Shown here in pieces: positions 24,264 to 38,774 of a stretch of DNA of 64,000 nucleotides. The position numbers and the translations under genes are program-made. The DNA comes from Eledone cirrhosa (taxonomy: Eukaryota). Location of the stretch: contig OZ024743.1 in NCBI GenBank assembly GCA_964016885.1, forward strand, positions 167,772,001-167,836,000. The letters are read 5' to 3'. The notes below the pieces were generated by a model that saw nothing but the letters and a program-made list of their open reading frames with translations, did no database searches and was not told where the DNA came from. Positions within the stretch are counted from its first letter, which is position 1; every line of letters starts with the position of its first letter.

Positions 24264-26444
24264 ATGCCTTATCCAGACTTTTCCGCCAAGCTCAAGTTTT
24301 TTCTCCCGCATATGCGAAAACTCAACATCGACTTCTCCACCAAGTACATCCCAGTTCCACCGAGAAAACTCTACTTTCAGATGCTTACGCAAAAAATCGA
24401 CCCCTTTGCGAAAAGACTAAGATGAGAACTTTTTTCTACGACAGATATTGCGACAATCAGGACTTCGATACCAAGGAGAGATTCGGATTTAATACCTACA
24501 AATCTCCCCCTCCGAACCGTATGCTGTCACCCTTCGAGAATAACCTTTTCCAACTGGTCAAGAGCATTAAATTCAAACCCAGACACAACAGATTCCTACA
24601 AAAACTCCGTAGCAATTTAACAGAGTATGCAAACACTAACGACATCATGGTGCACTCGGACAAAACAGGAAACCTCTACTTCGTCAACACCGACAGATAC
24701 CACACACTGATCAGGAGCAGCCTAAACTCCACCTATAAAAAGGCTAACCATTCAAGTATCGAGGACATAAATCGAGATGGACAACAAATTATCTCCAGCC
24801 TCGGGGTCGCCGACCGCACTGAACCCCTAGACCCACAGAGTCCCTACTTCACACTGAAGGACCACAAATCCGACATCGACCGTAAACCATCCATCAGGCT
24901 TATAAACCCAAAGAAGTCCTATATAGGGAGAATCAGTAAAATAAATCCTAGACCGCGTTATACCAAAAGTTAAGCAAAACGCGAGACTTACTCTATGGGT
25001 CAACACCCAGGAAGTAATCTCATGGTTCAGCAAAATGGAGGACAAACGAGACACAAACTTCATCCAGTTTGACATAGAGAGTTACTATGCATCAATTACC
25101 TTACCGCTCCTTACGGCCGCCTTGGACTTTGCCGAAACACTCACGCCCATCACCGACCAGGAAAGAAATATCATCCTCCACGTCAGGAAAACAGTCCTAC
25201 TTTTCGACAACTCCAAATGGATAAAGAGAGCTCCTGACTCCCCCTTCGACGTCAGTATGGGCGCGACGGATTCGGCTGAGGTCACAGATCTTATAGGATT
25301 ATTCCTACTATTTAAACTCACCGAAATGTTTCCTGCATTCGGCTGTGGATTGTACCGTGATGATGGGGTCCTTACCCTCAAAGGGTACAACCCCAGTAGT
25401 ACAGACCGGGTCCGTAAACAATTAATCAGCTTCTTCCGCGACTGAGGATTTAAAATAACCCTACAAACGTCCCTAACCCGAGTAAACTTCCTGGACGTTA
25501 CCCTTAACCTCGATAATGATCTGTACTACCCATACATGAAACCAAACGACAACCTGCATTACATCCACCGCCGGTCGAACCATCCAAGAAACATCACCAA
25601 TAACCTGGTTAAAAACAGCTCCCTCCGCATATCTCGTTTGTCCGCTAATGAGCAGATATTCGACGAAAACGCGCCTTATTACAACCAGGCCCTCAAGCGG
25701 AGTGGCTTCCGGGAGGAAATATCCTATTATCCAGCTTCCATTAGCCGAACCAGCAGGCAATACCGCCGCTCAAGCAACGTAACGTGGTTCAATCCACCCC
25801 ACAATGCCGTGGTGACAACACCTATCGGGAAAATCTTCTTTAGGCTCATCGAAAAACACTTCCCACTACAACACCGCTACCACAATATAATCAACAAAAA
25901 CACCACCAAACTCTCCTACAGCACCACACCTAACCTCGCACAAAACGTCGTCTCCTCAAACAACAAAAAAACTCAACCCCTATGGAAGAAATAACCTATA
26001 CAGCAGTGGAGAGCCGACCAGGAGGTGTAACTGTCCTGATAGATCCCTTTGCCCCCTCAACAACAGATGTCGAGATCGTAATATGATCTACCAGTGCAAC
26101 GTGAGAACGGACACCTCCAACAAAGCTTATATAGGATTAACCGCTTGTGACTTCAAGACCCGGCTCTACCTACACCGACATACTTTCCAAACCCGGCCCG
26201 GCGTCATGCCACTACACTTTCGGACCACATCTGGGACCTGAAAGATAATAATATAACCTACAATCTCACTTGGAGCTTACTGTCCAGAGCGAACTCTTAC
26301 ACGGGAAGACGCCGTCCGTGTAACTTATGCTCAGAGGAAACATTACAAAAGCTGTTTTCAAAGGACCAACTCCTAAACAAGAAAGACGAACTGGTAACTG
26401 CATGCAAACACAGATTGCGTAGGACTTACCTCGCCCTCAAATGA
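24264..26444 (+). pseudogene. PLE polyprotein (RT + GIY-YIG endonuclease), disrupted
   Basis: SDKTGNLY, LKDHK..RLINP, FDIESYY, FDVSMGATDSAEV, GLYRDDG, FLDVTL, SNHP, WFNPP, IYQC..AYIGLT..FKTR, CNLC.EE, LLNK. Confidence 0.9.
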
Positions 26445-26940
26445 CCGGGGGGGGGGGGGTTAGACAAGGGCTGAAACACCCCACTTGCCGCTTTTGTAAG
26501 GGGTTACCCCTGCTTACAAAGGTAGACGTAAATCTTTTATCTTTTCCTTCTTCCCTCCATCTCTTCCTAGTCCTTCCACCCCAGATCTTCCTTGTCTTTC
26601 TTTTTGACCTTTTCGCCTACCCCGATGCAGCCCATCAGTCCTCTGTAGCCTCAGTATCCCCCCCCTAATTTTAAGATAGAATTGGCCGATTACGCTTTTT
26701 ACAGCAGATGTGTTAGACCCCAGTAAATTGTTTTCTTTCTGGTTGCTGCTCCATTTCTGTGATTTCTAAATTTCTTAGTGGTATTTTTGTATTAGTATCC
26801 TTGTATTAGTATTTCTGTATTAGTATTCTGAATTAATATTTCGTATTAGCATTTTGCAGTAGTAATTTAGTATTTTTGTTTTTAACCTGTCATTGTAAGA
26901 TAGCATTGGCTGATTACTAACTAACTATAGCAGTGGTGTT

Positions 26941-27008
<68 letters not shown>

Positions 27009-27141
27009 TATATATATACACAGGCACACATACATATACATACATATACACATACATACACACACACGTACATACAAATACATACATACATAAGCGCATA
27101 CTTACGGCCATACAATTGTATGCATACATACACATAGTCAC

Positions 27142-27204
<63 letters not shown>

Positions 27205-27243
27205 ATATAAAAAAATGGAAACTATATTTATAAAACCATATTT

Positions 27244-27308
27244 ATTTCATTATACATATTTCAAGGGCCACCAAGGCAGATTATGGTGCGCTTTCATCAG
27301 ATAAAATA
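27244..27308 (-). ncRNA. Minimal type I hammerhead ribozyme (family 1)
   Basis: tattttat-CTGATGA-aagcgcacca...tggtggccctt-GAAA-tatgta-TA-atgaaata; flanks homologous to 61040-61280. Confidence 0.85.
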
Positions 27309-29009
27309 TAATATAGATTAGTTTTATAAATAAATATTGACATACCCTGAAAAAATGCAACCTTCACGGTTGGAGTCTCCTGGATAGTGGAGATATTAGA
27401 TTTATTGTTGGTTTATTATGCAAATTAGTGTCGGAAAGGTTTAAATAACAGTATATTTAAATTAAGCCGTTGGAAGAGGGAAAAAAAGAAAGAGAAAAAG
27501 GAAGAAAGGGAAAAGGAATTGTTTATATCCAATTTTTGCCAGTGGGAGAGTAAACGTGACAATATTTAAGTGAGAGAGAATATTAGTTATAAGGACAGTA
27601 ATAGCGTAATTTTGTTTACGTTATGAGAGAAGAAGCGAAGAAATGAATATAGCCGGATTCATTATAATGATAGGTTGAAGAATTTTATCTAAGGTTTAAT
27701 TAATAAATTTGATTAAATGTTTAATTAATAATTTATTAATTTAATCAGTAGTTTAAATTGAAAACTTTTATATATATTATTAAGATATATTATTATTACA
27801 GAAATATATATATTATTATTATAATAAGATATATATTATCATTAATTATTAAAAACATTTAGGTTCAAAGTATCCGAATAATTCTAAGCCCATGGAAATT
27901 CCGAGAGTTTACAGAAGAATAATCCCTTATTTGTATTATAATAGCAGTAACAGCTTTCTTGAAAATTTTTTCTTGAACATTTTTCCTGAAAAATTTAAAG
28001 AAAATCTTTTGAAAATTCCTCTGATGGGTATAAGAAAATTATGATTCATATTTTATATTGTGTATTTTATATTTCTATATTCTTATATTTTTAAAAATTA
28101 TAATTCATATTTTATATTGTGTATTTTATATTTCTATATTCTTATATTTTTCAAATGCTTAAAATATATACATATATCCAAATGTTTTTATATATATATT
28201 AGATAAACATAGTGATAACCTAAAATTTATACTTTAAATATACTCTATAAATATACTCTTATGAAAGAGTTTTTTTTATGGTTTATGCTTTAGATATATT
28301 CATATGAAAATTTTAAATATTATAATTTCTATATGTTATGACGTTATAGCAAGCAAATTTACGTTTTAACAGTTATAACTGTATAACAGGTAAATTTATG
28401 AATTTATAAATTTATGACTTACTATAAAATAACATAAGATTCATATTCTAATTACATTATTAAGATAGAAAATTTAACTTTTTAACTTTATAGCATTTGA
28501 TCCTTAGAGTTATCTGAATTATTAATAAATCACTAATAATTTCCTTTACGATGTTACTGCTATTATAATACAAATAAGTAGTCTCTCGGAATTTCCATGG
28601 GCTCGGGATTTAGTGATTTAATCCTGGTATGTATATAAGCATTTCTAACATTAATTTTTCCCTAATTATGTATGGTTGACCGTATATTTAATTAATTTCC
28701 ACGTTCTGTTGAAATGTTGAGTAAATTTTCTATAGCGGTTGTGCACGAAGACGCCGCATTGGTATATATATTTACTATTTCTTCATAGATGCCTTTTATT
28801 CTTATAGCCTGTCTAATTGATTTTGTGTGGTTAATTATGCTGATTGGGAATAGAGATGATGTGTATATATATTATCAATTGATTCTCTGGACATGTTTTA
28901 CTCTAGTATTTTGCTCTGATTATTTAATTCATTGAGCCACAACGTGAAAAGTTGCCAAAACACATATATACCTCTGACTTTGTTTAATTGGTGTATGTGT
29001 AAATATTTT

Positions 29010-29074
<65 letters not shown>

Positions 29075-29082
<8 letters not shown>

Positions 29083-29660
29083 AAAGAATAGAGGTGTAAC
29101 ACACAAGTTACTATATATTGGTAAACGGAATAGAGTATGCTGACAAATTGTTCACAGTGAAAAATAGTTTAATTAGGAATAAGTGAGAATTAGTAATTGT
29201 ATTTGTTAGTATTCAGTTTTGGTTTTAAGTTTTACCGGTTGCGCATTTCTAATGCTTTTCAAAAATAATTTTGAGATAGAGCGTCCGTGATGTTTGCTCT
29301 GATCTGATTAGTTTTGGGAATTCTACCTGTTTTTATGTAAAAAAAGTGGCTCCAGCGGTATTAAAATAGGTTTTGCGCCAATTCGTGTTGCAAAAATTCT
29401 TATGGTCAAAACAATTTTGATTGGTCGGTAGAGGTCATGTGAATGTAAAAAATTGATTTTGCGCCAAATGTAGGTTTGTGTCGGCTGACTGAGAAATGAC
29501 TCTTTCACAACAAATATGTGTGTGTGTGTGTGTGTGTGTGTGTAGTAGTAGTAGTAAAGTGTACGTTGTTGTGATAATGGTTAGCAGGGATGTGTGTGCG
29601 AACCGCAGCCTGTTGACAGTTCAAATACCTATTAAGACAAGTGTGTGAGTGTGTGTGTGT

Positions 29661-29696
<36 letters not shown>

Positions 29697-29807
29697 CAGA
29701 GTAATTCGTGGTAGAAGGATGGTCAGTAGGAATGTGTCTGTAAGTGAGTGGGGGATATTTTAACATGTTAAAAGATATTTTTCAGCTCTTGTCTTATACG
29801 GAGAAGT

Positions 29808-29851
<44 letters not shown>

Positions 29852-30810
29852 CAGAGTAATTCGTGGTAGAGGGATGGTCAGTAGGAATGTGTCTGTAAGT
29901 GAGTGGGGGATATTTTAACATGTTAAAAGATATTTTTCAGCTCTTGTCTTATACGGAGAAGTGTGTGTGTGTGTGTATGTCTCTTTGTATGTTAATGTAC
30001 GCGTGTGTATGTGTGTGTGTATATATGTGTGTGTGTGTGTGTGAGAATGTGTCTGTGTGTGTGTGTGTGGGTGGACCAGTATTTTTTTCCCTGGTAAAAT
30101 GGTGTACATTATTCGATATTTTCAGTAAAATCGATTCTCTCAATAGAACGTCAAAAATCTTAATAATAAACGGTGTGAAATGATATTCACTATATATATT
30201 TATATTCGCTATATATATATATATATATATATATTTGTGTTGCACCATAGAACATGTGTGTTTACGTATGTCATTGTGTTTATATGTGGGTAGAGATGTG
30301 TGCTGATGTAGGTATGTATGTTGACGTGTGAATGTTGTGGGTTCGTCTTAGGGAGAAGTTTTTAGACGGGGTCCGTATTTGTTAATAAAGTAAGATTCCT
30401 TGCTGATGCGCTGGGTGTGGGTGGCATTATCTTTAAATTTGTAGAGGGGAAAGATTCTGAAGTTGGGATGATTTTGGGCGCACATGTATCAATGTGTTCA
30501 CTCAGTGGTATTTTCCTGTATTCCCGTATTTTAAATTGGGATCTATGGACAGTCATGCGTTGGCGTAGGCTGTTTTTGGTCTGGCCTATGTATTGTTCTC
30601 GACAACCTGAGCAAGTTAATACATATATTAGATTTTCCGATGCACATGTGACATTGTGTTTTACTATAAAACGTTGTCCTTCTTTGAAATAGAATTCCGA
30701 ACCCTCTATTAGGTTGATGCAAATACCACAGTTGGGTCTATCGCATTTTTTTTACTGTGGGTTTCGTTGTTGTGGTTGGCAGTAATTTGGCATGTGTTAG
30801 GATATTTTTC
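29075..30810 (-). mobile_element. Neptune-type PLE, inverted 5'-truncated copy (left arm of a large inverted repeat)
   Basis: Reverse complement of ~31260-32695. Confidence 0.88.
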
Positions 30811-31828
30811 AAAACAAAAAAATAGAAACAGACATATACTACAAGCCCACCGACTCCAAGCAATATCTTCCTTTCAACTCTTGCCACCCTAGACACGTTA
30901 AAATTAATATTCCCTACAACTTAGCCAAGAGAATATGTACTATAGTCTCCAATAAAAACACCTGCTACTTACGGCTACAAGAACTAAAGGACACACTCAA
31001 AGGCAGGGACTACCCTGCATCACTAATTGACAATGGAATCCAACGTGCCCTAAAATTCAGTACCCAGGACCTTAGACACCCTAAAGTAAATCAACAGAAA
31101 CTAAAAGCTCTTCCATACATCTCCACACACAACCCCCTCAACAATGAGGCTTTGACACCATCCTCCAGAACATCCTTGTGTTGAAAAAGAACCATAGAAT
31201 GAACCAAATCCTACGAACACACGATATCATAAAGAGCAAAAGACAATCTAAGTCAATGAAAAACATCCTAACACATGCCAAAATACTGCCAACCACAATA
31301 ACGAAACCCACAGTAAAAAAATGCGATAGACCAAACTGTGGCATTTGCATCAACCTAATAGAGGGTTCGGAATTCTATTTCAAAGAAGGACAACGTTTTA
31401 TAGTAAAACACAATTTCACATGTGCATCGGAAAATCTAATATATGTATTAACTTGCTCAGGTTGTCGAGAACAATACATAGGCCAGACCAAAAACAGCCT
31501 CCGCCAACGCATGACTGTCCATAGATCCCAAATTAAAATACGGGAATACAGGAAAATACCACTGAGTGAACACATTGATACATGTGCGCCCAAAATCATC
31601 CCAACTTCAGAATCTTTCCCCTCTACAAATTTAAAGATAATGCCACCCACACCCAGCGCATCAGCAAGGAATCTTACTTTATTAACAAATACGGACCCCG
31701 TCTAAAAACTTCTCCCTAAGACGAACCCACAACATACACACGGCAACATATATACCTACATCAGCACACATCTCTACCCACATATAAACACAATGACATA
31801 CGTAAACACACATGTTCTATGGTGCAAC

Positions 31829-31866
<38 letters not shown>

Positions 31867-32107
31867 CGAATATAAATATATATAGTGAATGTCATTTCAC
31901 ACCTTTTATTATTAAGGTTTTTGATGTTCTATTGAGAGAATCGATTTTACTGAAAATATCGAATAATGTACACCATTTTACCAGGGAAAAAAATACTGGT
32001 CCACCCACACACACACACACATTCTCTCTCACACACACAAACACACACACACACATACACATATACACACACACACACATACACACGCGTACATTAACAT
32101 ACAAAGA

Positions 32108-32179
<72 letters not shown>

Positions 32180-32690
32180 TCTTAATAGGCTTTTGAACTG
32201 TCAACAGGCTGCGGTTCGCACACACATCCCTGCTAACCATTATCACAACAACGAACACTTTACTACTACTACTACTACACACACACACACACACATATTT
32301 GTTGTGAAAGAGTCATTTCTCAGTCAGCCGACACAAACCTACATTTGGCGAAAATCAATTTTTTACATTCACATGACCTCTACCGACCAATCAAAATTGT
32401 TTTGACCACAAGAATTTTTGCAACACGAATTGGCGCAAAACCTATTCTAATACCGCTGGTGCCACTTTTTTAACATAAAAACAGGTAGAATTCCCAAAAC
32501 TAATCAGATCAGGACAAACATCACGGACGCTCTATCTCAAAATTATTTTTGAAAAGCATTAGAAATGCGCAACCGGTAAAACTTAAAACCAAAACTGAAT
32601 ACTAACAAATACAATTACTAATTCTCACTTATTCCTAATTAAACTATTTTTCACTGTGAACAATTTGTCAAAAATTTTCTCTTCCGTTTA

Positions 32691-32695
<5 letters not shown>
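30811..32695 (+). mobile_element. Neptune-type PLE, 5'-truncated: RT thumb, Cys linker, GIY-YIG, microsatellite-rich 3' UTR
   Basis: TDIYYKPTDSKQYL.FNSCHP; KCDRPNCGIC; NLIYVLTCSGCREQYIGQT..LRQRMTVHRS (ORF 31178-31705). Confidence 0.88.
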
Positions 32696-32757
<62 letters not shown>

Positions 32758-33358
32758 ACATTATATGCATTATATATAAATATATTATGTATATATGCAC
32801 ATATGGGCGTGTGTGTGTTAATATGCGTGCTTGCGTGTATACAGAGAAACTAAATTATCAATACCACTCCCTGCCTTTATATAACTCCACAGGTTTATAA
32901 CCCAATTCTCATACATGTACACATACATTAACCGACAATAAATATTCCTACCGGGCGAAATGACTTTAACCTAGAATTGAAATTGTTTGAGGGTTTCGTT
33001 TCGGATCTCCTGATGCATGTTGTTTTTAACCAATACAAAAATACAACCGTCACTGGCTATCGAGTATGACAGAGTAGTATGTACTCTGCTTTCACTTAAA
33101 ATTTAGGTATCCATGTTCTCGCGAGCAAACACACCCACCATCCCAAATTTCTCTCTCTTGATCCAGCGATGGAAGGAGAGACTGGTACGTCAACACTGGG
33201 GTGGTAATTTTTTACTGACATATAAAAAAGGAAAAGTAATGTCAAACATGGCGGGATTTGAACTCAGAACGCACAGAGTCGGAAACCATAACCAACGTTC
33301 TAATTATTTTGCCAAATCGAGCCCATTTAACCAATATATATATATTTACCTATATAGT

Positions 33359-33423
<65 letters not shown>

Positions 33424-33714
33424 GAATGCTGACACAAAAGGACACACCCACACGCACACACACGGAACCTAAACACAGAAATTTACGCAAAAAAATTTGA
33501 TTCCATGAAATAATACATACGGCAGTTGCCGTCATCCACTTCATTCTCGTGAATACTACAGCAAACGTCAAACAACGCTTGAAAGCAGTTTATAACATTT
33601 GAATTTAAATCTAATTTCAAAGTGAATAGAAAGTTCCCTATACTCTGACGAAGACCCGAAATATTAAGACTGAAAAACAAAAGATTAGTAGGAAATTAAT
33701 CGAGATGTCTTTTG

Positions 33715-35031
33715 AGGAAATGAATCTTAATGTTCATGTTGCAGCCTAAAAGATGAAAGGTATCAAGCAATGTCTCCACCAAATCCTAATAATTTGCAGC
33801 CTTTTTGCTGCCACAAAATCCTTTCACAACAGATACAAATATATCCCATGCTCTTTTTTCCACGTCAGTCATCGAGCTCGAGAAGTTTTAAAATTTCCTT
33901 AACTTATTGATTTGTGTCCCTTCAAAAACACCAGCCTTTATTTTATCATAACTTAGGCCAGGAAATGTTGTACATATGAATTTGAAACAGACACTCTCCA
34001 CATTAAGAGCTTTGACAAACTGCTTCATTAGTCCTAGTTTAATATGAAGGGGTAGGAAGATGATTTTCTCTCGCTCAATAAGTGGTTGGTGTATGATATT
34101 CTCCCCAACAGTCAAACTTTTTCTAACTGGCCAGTGCTTCTGTTCCCAAAGTTTGTCTTTCACTCGGTTATCCCATAGTTTGTTGTTTTCATGCTTCTCT
34201 TTTAAGTATATAGAGTGACCAATAGGAATTGCACCTAACACGATTCCATTTTGGAGTAATTCCCATTTTAGACTCTTCTTTGTACTATCTATAAAGAGTC
34301 TCCATTCATGAAGAGCACCTATCGCTTTTAACAGTCCCGCCACGTCATAACAATAAACAAAATCATTTTCAGTTCTAAAGAATGCCAAGAGATATTTTTC
34401 CCTGTTCCGATAAAAATTTATATTTGTTTATTTCTGCAGCATATTTTTCTCTTTAAGTCTAGAAGCTAACAGTTCTTATAACTCTTTTGACCGGCCTAAG
34501 TCTCTAACTAAATCATTCAATTCTGCCTGGTTGAAGTTTTCCCGTTCCTTGGTTGCTGTATCTACAAAGTCTGTATCCCTGTTATGTTCATGATTTTCAT
34601 CTGATACACAAATTTCACTTTCATCTTTCTGTGTAAATGGATACTCTTACTTCACCTGAGTGAAGCACAGGACGAATTGCTGAATCTAGATATGGGTAGC
34701 TCATTTCTGTCGAGTTTTCTTCCTAAAACCAGAATTGTTTTTGAGACAGAAGTAGCAATCTTCTGCATGATTCTTTGGCTCCCCCATACCATAGGAATGC
34801 CAAATTCTAGCTGTTTCCTTGTGCCCTTTGTCCATTGGTGTAGACTTTCGACACATGGTTTACATACATTCTGCGGGGCCCAAGATTTATCCCGATTACC
34901 AAGTTTAAGTTTAAAGTAAGCCAAGTATGCTCTTTAAATCGACTAATGTTCAATCCTTGACTTAAAACTACCGCATATATAGCAAAAAGAGTCCGGGGAA
35001 TGCAAACATGTTCTTCGTAGTGAAGCCACGC
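33715..35031 (-). pseudogene. Chapaev3-like (CMC superfamily) DNA transposase relic
   Basis: DSFCYICG, DKSWAP..CKPC, IPMVW, FNQAELNDLVRDL, WRLFIDS.KKSLK, PLHIKLGLMKQFVKAL, KIKAGVF, GCNMNIKIHFL; family assignment from recalled motifs; no TIRs found. Confidence 0.75.
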
Positions 35032-35252
35032 TACCAAAAACTTGTGTTATTTATTAAAATCAATCTGAAAGGAGGGAAAATAATTATTGATGTGATATAA
35101 AAAAAAGTATTGTCATTTTAAAACTCAGAAAGTGGGATTGGCTCAGTGCACAGTCTTTCCCCACTTAAAAAAATATCTTCACGCACAGGCATTGCACAGT
35201 AGCATTAATTGATAGTTATTAATAATGTTATATCGTGCAATGGTTATACTCG

Positions 35253-35862
35253 TGACTGGTACTTTATTTTATCGACCCCGTAAGGATGAAAGGCAAAGTT
35301 AACCTCGGCGGCATTTGAACTCAGACCGTAAAAGACCGTAACTCTATGCTGCAAAGTATGGTGTCCAACTCTCTACCGATACTGCCAATCTACCGCCCTA
35401 TGTCGAACATTGATAATAATTGTTTCTACTTTAGGCACAGGGCCAGCAATTACCCAGTGCATTACTGGTACTTTATTTTATCGACCCCGTAAGGATGAAA
35501 GGCAACGTCAACCTCGGCAGGATTTGAACTCAGATCGTAAAGGGACGTAACTATGCTGGAAAGCATGAATGTTCAATTCGTTTGTAAGCAAACGAGCCAG
35601 ATTGGAAGCTGTGCCGTGCTGGTAATCGGTCGTCACCTGTTTATTCATCAGTGGCTTTGAACAAAGGGCGGTGGATTGGCAGTATCGGTAGAGGGTCGGA
35701 CACCATGCTTTGCAGCATAGAGTTACGCCCCTTTATGGTCTGAGTTCAAACCCCGCCGAGGTTAACTTTGCCTTTTATCCTTACGGGGTCAATAAAATAA
35801 AGTACCAGTAATGTACTGGAATAAATACTGGTCTTGTGCCAAAAAGAAGAAACAATTATTAA
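35253..35862. mobile_element. Cluster of three tRNA-derived SINE copies: 35253-35398 (-), 35412-35567 (-), 35666-35862 (+)
   Basis: Each matches 7170-7385. Confidence 0.82.
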
Positions 35863-35881
35863 TGTTCGATATAATACATAC

Positions 35882-35935
<54 letters not shown>

Positions 35936-36149
35936 ACATATGCATACTTACTTTTATGTATCAGCTGTGCTAGAGCGAGAAAAAACATTCTTATTTTATT
36001 TTATATATATATATATATATTTATTTATATATAAGCAATAAATATATATATTTATATATAAGCAACAAATATAAATTGGTAATTCAACAAATATAAATGT
36101 TTATAATTGATTCAGAGCACTCGACAAGTTTTCTGGAGTATAATATTCA

Positions 36150-37740
36150 ATGATATTAAATAAATGGAAACTATATTTATAAAACCATATTTATTCTATT
36201 ATATATATTTCAAGGGTACCAAAACTTTGGTACGCTCTCATCAGATAAAATACAAATTTTGTTTTATAAATATTGACATAACCAAGAAAAGATACCTTAA
36301 CGGTTCAAGTTTTGGATAGTGAAGGAAAAGAGAAGAAAAGTCAGATATTTAAAATTATTAAGATGAGTATGCAAATGAAGTTGAGGTATAGGGCTGAAAA
36401 AACGTTATTTTAAGACGCTATGCAGAATTTAAATAATTAGGATATATATATGTATAAGTAGGAAGAAGAAAAAAAAGAAGAGCTTGTATTTACGTTAATT
36501 TAAAAGGAAATAACAATTTGCGGGAATGGTGGAATATGATTCCAGAATTTAAAATGTATTTAGCTATATTATGAGTTATAATATTGTATATATAATCTAT
36601 TATATTATATGTAGAATTATGGTTCTAAGTATATAAATATCTATATAGATTAATAATTGTGCATGTATAAGTATTATAGAAATAGAAATAAGTTACAATT
36701 ATTAGTTGTTTACATTTCTCATATGAGTTACGAAGGATGTTGATTCTGCATTTTACATGAAAAAACACGTAGTTCAAGTTGTAAGAGGAGAACAATTTGT
36801 AGATTCAAATATTTTGTTCCAACATTGAAAATGTTTTCAGAATATCGTTAATTTAGCGAAGTTATATAGTTTATCATACATATATTATAATATAATGTTT
36901 ATGTTAACACGATTGAAAAGAAAAAGATAACTCCAATCTTGTTTGCTAACCGTTAAATTTGATGAATGATTTACTCAGAAAATATATAGAGATTACTCTT
37001 TTACTCTTTTACCTGTTTCAGCCATCCGGCTGAGGCCATGCTGGGGCACCGCCCTTGTATATTATTTTGTGTGAGATTAATTTCAATTATATATTATTTT
37101 AGTCGAAGGATGTGTGAAAGTTTGAAGATCAAAGAAGAGGAAAAAAGTGATGTGCATTTCGAAGAACTATCGTAAAGAGTATAACTTTCAGAATGTCAAT
37201 TAAAGATTATAAATCAACATCTAAAAAAATATATTTAGAGGAGTATCATTAAGAAAATAATGTCAAATGGTAAAAATAGTAGAAATATTAAAAATTAAAA
37301 ATTAAAAAGATCATTTAAAATAATTTTAAATTTAAATTCTTAAAGAAAATACTCAGTAAATAATAGGATGATTTTAACGGTGTATAAGATATAGTCAAGT
37401 GTAATGAATATCATAAATTAAAAATACTTCTGAAAGTGGAATTTTGGCGATGTCTGCAACTAGAAAATAATTCTGTTTTAAGATTAATAGAGTTTTGACA
37501 GTTAATTATATAAAAAATTTCCTCGATACACAAGTTACAGAATCTTGAGGAAGCCATATTTCGGTATGCAGGTGTTTTCGAAATCGTTCCGCAAGATATT
37601 GAATAGTCTATATTGTTGTCTTTTAAATTCCAAATTAAATGTGAAAGTGAAGTGGAAGATTTTTTATCGGATCTCTTAAATGTGTGTTTATGGTTATACC
37701 AGCGTTCTTTGAATTTTGTAGAAGTGGCACCAATATAGTT
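36150..37740 (-). mobile_element. PLE 3' fragment: GIY-YIG end plus ~1.2-kb AT-rich tail ending in a hammerhead
   Basis: ORF 37411-37794: YIGATSTKFKERWYNHKHTF..STSLS..IWNLK..CNLCIEE..IN.K.EL..CRH. Confidence 0.75.
36192..36252 (-). ncRNA. Minimal type I hammerhead ribozyme (family 1)
   Basis: tattttat-CTGATGA-gagcgtaccaa..ttggtaccctt-GAAA-tatata-TA-atagaata. Confidence 0.85.
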
Positions 37741-38071
37741 ATATATTGGTGCCACTTCTGGTATAACCTTTTCGTACCTCTCACCATATTGCAATTTTTA
37801 TGGACTTGTTCGCGTCAGTCAACAATCTGGTACTTTCTCAATCGCACGATCACTAGGCTTTTTTAGAAACGGGTTTACTCACATTGTCATAGCTACATCA
37901 ATAAGTTGTGAGAGTTTGCGTGGGAGCTACAAGTGTCATACATTGCACCATTTCCCTAATAGTTTACTGCTATTGGTCTGGGCCTACTTATTCGTCCGGC
38001 AGCTACCGGCATATCGCAACTAAACATGATACTCGGTGGCCCGTTCATTAGCTGAACAGCTAGAAATAACT

Positions 38072-38183
<112 letters not shown>

Positions 38184-38774
38184 TATATATATATATATAT
38201 ATTTATATATGAAAAGATTCAGGACACCCAACGGCTGAGCTTCTGGCCGTTTCGACAGCTAGATCCGAACTAAACCTGGTATTCAATCGGCGGGAATATA
38301 GGTCGACATCTTGTCTGATATGCGAGTTTATAAGTGTAAAAATATATCTAAACTGTTGATACAAACTCCGGGATCTGTTTATATACACTTATTAATGTTT
38401 TTTTATGTGGTTGGGGGAGGGAGTAACAGTAGGGTTACATTTAAAGGTTTGAAGAATAAAAGAGAAACAAATATAATATCTAAAGAAAATAAAAAAGTTT
38501 TAAAATATATAAAAAGGTAAACAAAAAAGGCAAATAAAGTAAAAATAAATAAAAGGTAAAAAAGTAAAAACATAAAAAAGCAAAAAAAAAAGGGATAAGA
38601 AAGGGTGAAAAGAATAGCGAAAATAAAATAAAACGGGAAATAAAAGAATATAAGGAAATAATTAAATGTACTGGTAAAGTAAATATAAGACAACTTAGAT
38701 GCACCCAAGGTCTAAGGACTAGAATCTCATTGATTATATTTTAGTTTTAAAATGTGATGTAAAAGATTTATGTG

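Larger units (their letters stand above)
23987..26940 (+). mobile_element. Penelope-like element family A, near full length, with 5' pseudo-LTR
   Basis: pLTR with degenerate HHR, RT and C-terminal GIY-YIG; second copy at 47532-50418. Confidence 0.9.

Noticed and set aside
24420-25446. In-frame TGA codons in PLE-A as possible selenocysteine (known in Naiad PLEs)
   Set aside because: Both are TGG (Trp) in the sister copy (LRWRT, RDWGF); ordinary nonsense mutations, not at Cys positions
33640-33700. CTGACGA...GAAA near the Chapaev relic
   Set aside because: Stem II and III do not pair convincingly; at most a heavily decayed motif
36993-37053. Short repeat also at 47445-47500 as a regulatory motif
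   Set aside because: Most likely the 3' tail fragment of another SINE (TAAAAGAG-type tail on the minus strand); too short to annotate further
37740-37794. N-terminal part of ORF 37411-37794 as a real protein start
   Set aside because: Sequence upstream of YIG lacks the GIY strand and appears to be unrelated flank fused to a truncated PLE
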